Of a stretch of 64,000 nt of DNA, positions 53,853-64,000 are shown one piece after another (positions within the stretch are counted from its first letter, which is position 1; every line of letters starts with the position of its first letter). The DNA is from Eledone cirrhosa (Eukaryota). Position numbers and translations under genes: made by a program. The stretch lies in assembly GCA_964016885.1 (NCBI GenBank), contig OZ024741.1, positions 163,680,001-163,744,000 on the forward strand, given 5' to 3'. The notes under the pieces are model-generated. The model did no database searches, was not told the DNA's origin, and saw only the letters and a list, made by a program, of their open reading frames with translations.

Positions 53853-55848
53853 TTACCTTACTTCTCGTAGTGGAAGGACGGTTTTTCCATCCTTTTCACT
53901 GCTTGTGGCGTCCTCAGGAAGGATGTCCTTAGAAATCCTCCTGAAGAGTGCTTGTCGGAAGTCTCCGATGTCATTGGGGAATTTTTGTTTTAGTGTCATG
54001 TACGTTTTCTGTGTGATGCGAGTGATTTGTATGTGTGGAGGTGGTGTGAATTTTGGGGTTGTTGTGTAGTCTTTTTCTGTGATGCTGGTGTTGTGTTGGA
54101 TGTAGTGTAATAATTGCTTGTTGTTCAAATTTAATGCTGTGTAGTGTGTATCGTTTTGGTTGTTTTGTTTTTTTGCGTTTGTTGTGGGTTTGTTTCTGTT
54201 TCGCATTTTGGTGACTTTTGTGATGTAGGTGATGGTGGTGTTGGGGTTAATGATGGTGATGGTGTTGGTGTTTGGGTTGATGGGTTTGGTGATGCTGGTG
54301 TGGATGGTGGCATATCTGTCCTAACTTTTTTGTTTCTTAATTTATTTGTTTCCCTCTGTATTTTGTTTTTGGAGGGGGAAGGAAGAGAATTTTTTTCTTT
54401 TTCGGTTTCTTTTTTTTTTCCGGATATCGTTTCCCACTCCTCGTCGTCACAATCTGTCTCCAGTTGTGATAGGCCGGGGAGTGGAAAATCCTCCACAGCC
54501 GTTAGTTTTGGTTGTGGCGTGGTGGATGGTGTAGGCGCTGGTGCTAGTTCTGAAGCGTTGGGTGGTGGTGGTGTTGGTTTTGCTGGTGGTGGTGGTGGTG
54601 TTGGTTTTGCTACTGTTGCTGGGGTTGTTGCTGTTATAGTTGCTTCTGTTGTTGCTGCTACAGTTGTTGCTGCCATCTCTGCTACTGGTGGTGTTGATGG
54701 TTGTGTCACTGGGATGGGTAGGAGAGGTGGCCTCAACCTTTTAGCCTGAGGGCAGAAAGCCCTTAGGTGGGTTCCTTCACCACAAACGACACACCTAGGT
54801 CTTCTGCCCTCGACAATTACCGTGAGGTGGCTGCCGTCAGTGAGGTCTATTACCTCTGGGATCTCCTCAATGTTATTTTGGTCCGCTTGGATCAGGAGCT
54901 CCATCCCAGATCCGGACCAGTTCTCCTGCTTTTCTTTTGCTATTGCTATTATTTTCGTGTTGGCTTCGATGCCGGCGAGGACAGCCGCTATTAGCCAGGG
55001 AATTTCGATGGCCGGTGGAACGTGGGTCACCCTGATCTTTACGAGTCTCTGACCACAATAGCTTGGGACGAGTGTGAAGTCGTCACTTCTTAATGGGGCC
55101 ATGGAGTGTTCTCTAGCCTCCTCTGGTGTTTCAAAGAACACGTCCACGGTCCCATACTTTTGCCCACGTCTGATGTGGGTTTTTCTTGCCCACACATGTC
55201 CCAAAGCTTTTTGGATTTGGGACTCGGATGCCCGTTCCCCTCGGCGCGATTTTAAATTTATTGTTCTATACGACACGGTGCATAGGCGCCGATGCTCCAT
55301 TTTATTAGGTGGGGGGTGAGGCTGACCCTGTACCCATCTTTCTTTACCATTTGTTTGGCATTTTCTAAATCCTCCTGAGTTACCGTATATGCTTCGAACT
55401 GTTTTGCTACTATTGCAAAAAAAGGGGCGTTTTTATAATGTCATTGTTGTTGTTGTTGCTATCGTTATTTGTGTTAATATTAATTTTAGTTTCAGTTGTG
55501 GTGGTGGTGACGTCAGTCGTCTTTGGTGGGGAATAGTCCATTTTGCTTGATTTCATTTCGACATCACGAGTTAATTTATTTTTTTCTTCTTTTGTTTCTG
55601 TTGTCGCGGTGGTGGTGGTTGTGGTGGTTTGTCGCGGTGGTGGTGGTGGTCGTGGAGGCTTTAACACCTGCAGTCATTGGTAATGGCGGGAAATGAATGT
55701 CTGCCTGAGACAAATTTAAAATATTGCTACTGCTTCTATTTTTTTTTGTGTTGGCAAACGTAGTAACATTTACAATGGTGGTGTCGGTGTGAGGTGTTAA
55801 TTTGTGAGGAAGGCTTTCAGCTGCTTCGTGCAGAGGTGAATTAGCCAT
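53853..55848 (-). CDS. Tx1 ORF1 (gag-like, CCHC knuckle), split by frameshifts; main open part 54131-55300
   Basis: CVVCGEGTHLRAFC knuckle, Pro/Thr-rich linker; homologous to 63050-63760. Confidence 0.8.
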
Positions 55849-56056
55849 TTTTTTCAAAGAAATTTTTTTGATAATAATAAAAGTTTAAATTTTGGGCACA
55901 AGGCCCCAATCTTTTTGGGTGTCCTTTTCGGAAAACAATGTATGTGCGTTTATAAACAGTTAACAATAAAATTTTCCATAAATGACAATTTTTAACAAAC
56001 GGAAATAACAAACCTTTGCGGAGCTCACGATGATACGATTTACTACGTAGGTCGCC

Positions 56057-56107
<51 letters not shown>

Positions 56108-56112
<5 letters not shown>

Positions 56113-59100
56113 CAAACTAGCCAATATACGAAGAAATATTGTAAGAAAAAAGTTACTAACTGATATAGAAATTGATCAGATCAAGCTATTAGCACAAAGT
56201 CAGCGAAGGGAAAATGAAACATGTGTCAGTGAAAACGAGGTAAACTGTGAAAACGAGGTAAACTTCGAACCCCAGGGTTGGGGCGGAATCACTGGCAACA
56301 GAACAAATTAAAGAAAGGATCGAAAAAGTGGAGGGAGTGCATGCTCAGGATGAAACTCCAAATGAAAATAATGAGATCGTAAATGATAAAGAAATGAATG
56401 AGAATGAACTTGCCAACTTGAAGGATGAAATTATGATCGAATGGATGAAAATGAAAGAATCTGACATGGGGCAACGAGACACCCTCCCTAAGATCCAGAA
56501 CTCCAAACAGAACCAAAAGATAATACACAAGACTAACATAATTCTCAAAAACATTATCATCACAAACAAACTAAACATTACTGATTTAAATCATCTCTAT
56601 TATGCATCGGCTAAAGTCACCACTCACTTATGTGGAGTGAAAATGAAAAAACAAAGGAATTCCCACAAGAAATCTACTTGGCAAGAGAACATCAATCGCC
56701 AAATAAACCTTCTCCGATCTGACATAGAAATTTTAACAAGCTATAAAGTAGGTGAACATGTTAAACAAACTAAACTTAGAAAATTGAAAAAAAAGTACAG
56801 TATAAAATCAACATGTGACATAGACATGCTGATAGAAATAATCAAGCAAAAAGTGTCGGCCAAAGCTGCTCGTATAAGGCGCTTTGGAAAACGATCTAGA
56901 TTCTATAAGGACAATAATATGTTCAAAAACAACCAAAGAAACTTCTACAGAAAAATTGGTAGTCAACAATAACTGCTAAATCAATACCACCCAAGGAGGA
57001 AGTGCAAGAATTCTGGGAAAAGATCTGGGCCGAAGAAAAAGTTCATAACATACATGCCCCATGGATAGACAGACAAATGAAAGATACAGCTCACCTTGAG
57101 GAACAAATACGGGAAAATATAGCAGTTGAACAGTTGCGCTTGGCTCTAAGAAAAACCAGCAAATGGAAATCTCCAGGAAAAGATAAAATACAAAACTTTT
57201 GGATAAATGCCTTCACAGAGTCTCATGAGCTGTTAGCCCAACTTTACAATGAAATAGTTAAGGAGCCAGAAAAGATACCATCATGGCTAGTTAACGGCAT
57301 TACATTCCTGCTTCCGAAGAATGATGAGACAAACAATCCCAAAAATTACAGACCGATAACTTGCTTGACCACAATGTATAAAATTTTAACATCAGTCCTA
57401 ACTGAATACACATATGACCACCTGATAACAAATGACCTATTTCCCATTGAGCAGAAAGGGTGTAAACGAGGCTCATATGGCTGTAAGGATCAGCTTCTGG
57501 TTAACAAACTGATACTGGAAGATTGTCATAATAGACACAAAAATCTATCGATTGCTTGGATAGATTATAAAAAAGCATTCGATAGTTTGCCACACAGTTG
57601 GATTGAAAAATGTTTAGAGATTTTCAAAATATCCCCCGTTGTCAGGAGGCTTTTGTCATTCAGTATGAAGACATGGAAAACGACACTCCTTTTGAATAGT
57701 GAAACAAAACACTGGAAGCTGGAGAAGTTAATATTAATTGTGGAATTTTTCAGGGTGACTCTTTATCACCGCTTTTATTCTGCATCGCACTTATACCATT
57801 AAGTAAAATGCTCAATGAAACAAAACATGGATATAAAGTCTATGACAAAACCATTAATCACCTGTTCTACATGGATGACCTGAAACTATTTGCAAAAAAT
57901 GATGAACAATTGCAAGGGCTATTATCCACTGTGGAGCAGTTCAGTGATGACATTAAAATGGAGTTTGGACTAGATAAATGCGCCAAAGCAACGTTCACCA
58001 GAGGAAAGCTGCTGAAGAGTTTTGACATTAATCTTGATCGGGGGAACGTGATAAGAGAACTTGATCAAGAAAAAACTTACAAATATCTAGGTGTTTGTGA
58101 AGGAGACGGAATTAAGCACTCGACAATGAGGGAAAGGATAAGGAAGGAATGTTACCGCAGAGTAAGAGCAATCTTAAGAAAGGAATTGAATGCAAGGAAT
58201 AGGATCGATGCCATAAACACGCTTGCCATACCAGTAGTAACCTGCAGTTACAATGTCATCAACTGGTCAAGCACAGAGATCCGTAGGCTCGATACAAAAA
58301 TTCGAAAATTCTTAACCATGCACAGAATGCATCACCCTAAGGCAGATATAGATAGAATATATCTCCCTAGGAAAGAAGGAGGACGTGGGTTAGTCCAGTT
58401 AGACATTGCGTTGAAAACTGCAACAATTGGATTATCTACATATCTAAGGGAATCACATGATTGGATGATCAAACTCGTTTTGAAACACGAAAGCATCAAA
58501 AGATCATATTCCATTACAAAAGATGTACAAAGATACAGTAATGGACTACAAATTTCAGAAGTCCCATTTACTGCTGAAATGGAAAACACAGAAAAAGCAA
58601 AGCGGGTAAAAGTAACTGCAAAGAAAGAACTGCTACAGAAACTGGCTAAGAAATGGCAAGAAAAGCCTCTGTATGGGAAATACCCAGAGCGAGCTAACAA
58701 TCCTGATGTTGACAAAACTTTAACCCATCAGTGGTTGGCATCCTCTGGACTGAAATCGGAGACTGAAGGACTGATTATATCAGGACAAGATCAGTGTCTG
58801 CCAACAAAAAATTACCAAGCCAACATAATAAAAAATGGATGCAGCCCATTATGCCGTGTATGCAAAAAACAACCAGAGACCATTGACCATATAATTTCAA
58901 TGTGCAGTCCTATAGCTCCAACCGAATACCTAAACAGGCATGACAGAGCTGCACAATACATACATTGGATAATGTGTAAGCATTTTGACCTGCCCCATCA
59001 AAAGAATTGGTGGGAGCATCAACCACCTCCCATACTTGAAAAAGATCACATCTCAATCTTGTGGAACTTTAGCATCCAAACAGACCGAAAAATAGATGCA

Positions 59101-59561
59101 AATAGACCTGATATAATATTGAAGGACTTTAAAAAGAGGGTATGCCTGCTAATTGATATGTCTGTTCCAATAGACAAGAATGTATCTATAAAAATATTTG
59201 AAAAATTGAGCAAGTATAAGGACCTGGAGATAGAAATTGGAAAAATGTGGAAATTGAGAACTAAAACAATACCAGTGGTTGTAGGCGCTCTGGGAATGAT
59301 ACCTAAGGGGTCTAATGATTACTTATCGCAGATCCCAGGAAACCCGCGTATAGGAGAAATACAAAAGTTAGTACTAATGGGAACTGCCCATATACTAAGG
59401 AAGATTCTGTCAATATAAGTACATCACAAGTCTAAACACTAAAGATGCATGTGTGAGTATGTATGTTCTTCCTTGAACATGGCGGACCTTGTTGTCTCTT
59501 GAGGTCACTGGTTGTGACTTGGTGATAACTCGTATGAACATAAAGCAAGATAAATGTAACT

Positions 59562-59562
<1 letters not shown>
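56108..59562 (+). mobile_element. R4/Dong-clade non-LTR retrotransposon (RT plus RLE), few disruptions, (TAA)n flanks
   Basis: WKSPGKD, NYRPITCL, WIDYKKAFDS, FYMDDLKL, CRVC..ETIDHIISMC, RHD, NRPDII, KLSKY. Confidence 0.92.
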
Positions 59563-59595
<33 letters not shown>

Positions 59596-59596
59596 G

Positions 59597-61577
59597 TATT
59601 GTGTCTGAGGAAATCTACCATCACCTCCACACAAACAACTTGTTACCGGACGAACAGAAAGGATGCCGAAAGAAATCCCGTGGTACAAAGGACCAGTTAC
59701 TTATTGATAAAATGGTAATGAGGAATTGATATAGGAGACACACTGGTCTTGCCATGGGATGGATAGATTACAAAAAGGCATTTGACATGGTGCCTCATTC
59801 TTGGATCACCAAAAGCCTGGAGATCTTCAAGGTGGTAGATAACATCAGACAGTTGTTGGGCAAAAGTATGAAGTCCCGGAAAACAGAATTAACATCAGCT
59901 GGAGAATCCTTGGGAGGCGTGAAGATCAAGAGAGGTATCTTGCAGGGAGATAGTCTGTCCCCTCTGTTGTTTGTCCTTGCCCTGATGCCCCTGACCATTA
60001 TACTGCGAAAAGTGTGAGCAGGATACAAGTTGGGAAAGGGAGAGCTTACCACCAATCACCTCCTCTTCATGGACGATCTTAAGCTCTTCGGGAAGAGTGA
60101 GAAGGAGTTGGATGTGCTTGTTGACACTGTCCGTATTTTCAGCAATGATATATGTATGCAATTTGGTATTAGTAAGTGTGGAGTCCTTGTGATGAAGAAG
60201 GGTCAATTGAGCAGAAGTAACGGAATCCAGGTACCAACAGGTGAGATGATAAAGGAAATTGACACCGAAGAAGGATATAAGTATTTGGGCGTTCTGGAGG
60301 CTGATGGCATCAAGAACAAAAAAATGAAGGAATTGATAAGAACTGAATACCTTCGGAGAGTAAGGAGCGTATTAAAGTCACATCTGAACAGTAGGAATGC
60401 CATAAGTGCAGTAAATTCCCGAGCTGTGTCTATTATTAGGTACAGTGCGGGAATTCTGAGATGGAATGTTGCTGAACAAAAAGAAATGGATAGGAAGACG
60501 AGGAAGCTATTGACTATCTACAATATGTTCCACAAGAGGAGTGATGTCGATAGACTCTACTTAAGAGATCTGAGGGTGGAAGAGGTCTTATCAGCATAGA
60601 GGACTGTGTTCAGATGGAGAAAAACAACCTACACAAATACGTGACTGATAGTAAGGAGCCAATGCTCAGAGCTGTACTGAAGGAGGGGACAATAGGCCAG
60701 GGGATGTCCAAGGAGGAAATAACATCAAGGAGAAAGAGCAGCCTTCAGGAAAAATCCCTTCATAGTACATTGAGAAAACTGAATTTAGAGATCCACAGAC
60801 ATGGAACTGGTTGAAAAGAGGAGACCTTAAAAAGGCTACAGAAGGAGTGGTAATGGCTGCGCAGGAGCAGGCCCTCAAAACGAAGTGGTTGAAACACCAC
60901 ATTTACAAGGAGGAGTCTAGCCCACTGTGCAGGATCTGTGGAGAGAGAGAGGAGACTGTGGCTCATATTGTATCCGAGTGTAAACACCTAGCCCAGACTC
61001 ACTATAAGGGCTGGAGACATGGTGTGATGGGCAGGGTGATCCACTAGCACCTATGCAAAGTAAACAATTTACCACATTCTGAGAAGTGGTATGAGCATAA
61101 GCCAGAGGCGGTGATAGAAAACGATCAGGTGAAGGTGCTGTGGGATTTTAGGATACAGACGGACAATGAAACTGGAACACAATATACCTGACCTGGTGGT
61201 TTTGGACAAAGAAAAAAGATCGTGTCTGATTGTGGATGTGGCCTGCCCATTCGACACGAGAGTGCAAGAGAAGGAGAGGGAGAAAATTAACCGATACCAG
61301 GACTTATAGTGGGAGGTAAAAAGGATTTTTACCTCCATGAAATCAAAGTGATCCCGATTGTCATAGGCGCAATAGGGACTATCTCAAAAAGTTTCCAGGG
61401 ATGGTTAAAGAAAATTGGCCCCTTCACGCTTTTTGGAACGCTTCAAAAGGCATGCTTGCTTGGAACAGCAAGAACCCTCCGATACGTCCTGAATATCTGA
61501 GGCTGCAGGTAGTGGCTTGATATTCATCTCAACAAACTTTCCGGTTAACTAACATCAATGACTGAGACTCAAAGAGT
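59597..61577 (+). mobile_element. Second, 5'-truncated R4/Dong element of a different family
   Basis: WIDYKKAFDMVPH, QGDSLSPLLF, LFMDDLKL, CRICGEREETVAHIVSEC, PDLVV; (TAA)n tail. Confidence 0.9.
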
Positions 61578-61590
61578 AATAACAATAATA

Positions 61591-61638
<48 letters not shown>

Positions 61639-62061
61639 TCTACCTAATTCTTGTATTAAAAATGTAAAGTTTTGGTGTATTTCTGAAACAATAAATGATA
61701 AAAATAATGATAATTTTCCTTGAAAGAAAATAATTTTGTAAGAATAATTAATATCTTCTCTTTATGTATAAATTTGATATTAATCGAAATTTTAAATTGA
61801 TGTTACAAAGTTTCCATCAATAAAATTATTGCGAAACATAATGATATTTTTTAATTAATTTAAAAGAATCATATTAATTTTAGTGTTGTAAAGGATATTG
61901 AATACGAAACCATTGATACGAAATGTATAATAACAATTTTAAATAGTGTGTTAGTTATATTTAAAGAAGAAGAAGAAGAAGAAGAAGAAGAAGAAGAAGA
62001 AGAAGAAGAAGAAGAAGAAGAAGAAGAAGAAGAAGAAGAAGAAGAAGAAGAAGAAGAAGAA

Positions 62062-62268
62062 TGGTTTCTACTGTAAGGACAATTTTCGGGGAAGAGCAGG
62101 TCGATTAAATCGACCCCAGTGCTTTGCTGGTGCTTCATTTTGTCGACCCCGTAAGGATGAAAAGCAAAGTTAATCTCGGCGAGATTTGAACTCAGAACGT
62201 AAAGGGACGTAATTATGTCACGAAACATGGTATCCGAGACTCTACCGATACTGTCAATCCACCGCCCT
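62062..62268 (-). mobile_element. Nin-core SINE abutting (GAA)n
   Basis: Family match. Confidence 0.85.
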
Positions 62269-62290
62269 TATAATAACAATAATAATAATA

Positions 62291-62350
<60 letters not shown>

Positions 62351-64000
62351 GAATGCTATGGTTGACGGAGGCTCGGCTCTGTAAGGTATTGTAAATTTTG
62401 AACGCTATAACAATTGTAAATTGTTTAAAACTTTAACCAACTTGTAGACAAAAACACCCTCCTCCTCGTGAGAGGGGTCTTTCTGCCCGTTATTTGGCCC
62501 TTCGGGGTTAAATAACTGCTTATTAGGGTTTTGTGCCCAATATTTATTTTAAACAAAAAAAACAACATGGCTACGAAAAAGAATTTTCATAGGTCACTCC
62601 CACTCATTCCGTCTTCTTCTTCCTCAATCGTCACTACACCAGAGGGAAGATTGTCTCTCTCGCCCTCCCTTCTCTAAATGTGTCTCTCTCCCTCCCTTCT
62701 CTTTCGCAAGCGACGACAGAAAAGAAAAGTCTTGTGCAAAGCGTGCAAGATTTCTCCACGACGACAACGACGACGAAACAGGTGTGCGGGAAATACGAAA
62801 ACCCATTTCATTCGTCTGACGTCAGGAATAATAGCAGTAGCAGCCGTAATAACAACAGCAACAGTGACAATGAAAACAACAGTAGCAGCCGCAACAGTAT
62901 CAGCAACAGCATAAACAACAACAGCATTAGCAGCAGCAACACCAACAACAACCACAGCAACAGCGGCGGCGGCAGTAGTCGTAGTACCTGCAGCAACAAC
63001 AAAAGTGACAGCAGCTCTGACGACAACAACAACAACAACAACAACAGAGGCAAAGAAAAACCAACTCGTTTGCAGGTATCGCGAAGAACCTGGAAACAAT
63101 CCTCATAACAAATGAGGAATTAGAGGAAGCGAAGGAGATGGTGACAAAAACTGGACACCGAGCAATTTGCAAGGCAGCGGAAACATTTTTTCGAAACCCA
63201 ACAGCACTGTACGGTCACGTACCGTACAGTAAGTACAAAATCCCGTAGGGTTGAAAGAGGCACAGAGGCTCAAATACAAAAAGCCTTGGGGTCTGTGTGG
63301 CAGCGGAAAACGCACATCACCCGAGGCAATAAATATGCCACCGTAGACGTACTTTTTGCCACACCCCAGGAGGCAAAGGCTCAATCCGTAGTGACCCTAA
63401 GGAGCGAGGAAATAGTGTTGGTGCCCTCCTACTGCGGGCAAAAAATTGTGAGGGTCAAACTGACCCCCCCCCCCCCCCGGGATGGCCCCTTCTTGGCTGG
63501 CCGCGTCTGTCCTTGTCGGAATCGAGGACAAAACAACTGTACTGCAAGTACAGAAAAAAGTAAGAGAAGATTGGGTCGGCACCTCCATTGAGATGTTAAT
63601 CCAATCCAACCAGGAGTGCATCGAAGCTATCCCGGATGTGATAGACTTCGATAACGGCACTCAACTGCCCATAAGTGTTGAGGGCAAACGCCCGAAATGC
63701 TTTTTCTGTGGATCGAAGACTCACCTCAGGGCCTTCTGCAACGAGAAGACCCTGAGAAAGGAGAAAACCCCCCTCCTTCCGAAACCGGCTCCACGGCTAC
63801 CAGCAACAGGACAAGCGGCATCCAGGAACGATAGGTCCGTGGCACCCATACCCACGCCACGGAAATCAAAACCAGCAGCAGCAGTGGAAGTATTAACAAC
63901 AACAGCAATACCAAATGTAAAAGAGACTCCAGTGCAAACATCACCAACAACAACAAGTGAAAGAGTGGAGCTGGTACCCCTCCCCGACCTCACAGAATCA
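62351..64000 (+). mobile_element. 5' part (UTR and ORF1) of another Tx1-like LINE beginning in (ATT)n; runs off the window
   Basis: KTHITRGNKYATVDV, LVPSYCGQ, EGKRPKCFFCGSKTHLRAFC homologous to ORF1 at 54131-55300. Confidence 0.88.

Larger units (their letters stand above)
50157..56057 (-). mobile_element. Full-length (~5.9 kb) Tx1/L1-clade LINE flanked by (TAA)n/(ATT)n
   Basis: 5'UTR, ORF1 (frameshifted in homopolymers), intact ORF2, 3'UTR ending cttgtggttaataaagaaaac-(att)n. Confidence 0.95.

Noticed and set aside
54144-54749. Antisense ORFs within LINEs
   Set aside because: Shadow frames of compositionally biased ORF1/ORF2 sequence

Overview
Eukaryotic, AT-rich, microsatellite-laden DNA made almost entirely of transposable elements. 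The tRNA-derived SINEs with the 'gcctttcatcc...ggggtcgataaa' (Nin-type) core and the TE mix suggest a coleoid cephalopod (octopus-like) genome; this is inference. No host protein-coding gene can be supported. Contents: several Penelope-like elements (Naiad-type and Neptune-type), some with inverted or palindromic ends and many with hammerhead ribozyme (HHR) motifs; a ~1.75-copy tandem of a ~314-318 nt HHR-bearing, retrozyme-like unit; a cluster of Tx1/L1-clade LINEs, one with an intact 1139-aa ORF2; two R4/Dong LINEs; CRE, RTE and CR1-group fragments; DNA-transposon remnants and MITEs; many SINEs; and a U2 snRNA 5'-fragment retrocopy. Best leads: (i) the retrozyme-like tandem with U3-A8 variant hammerheads abutting a CRE fragment; (ii) a conserved 5' splice-site motif overlapping the ORF1 stop in three divergent Tx1 copies, whose use would fuse ORF1 to ORF2 in frame. 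All structures were read by eye, and boundaries are approximate.
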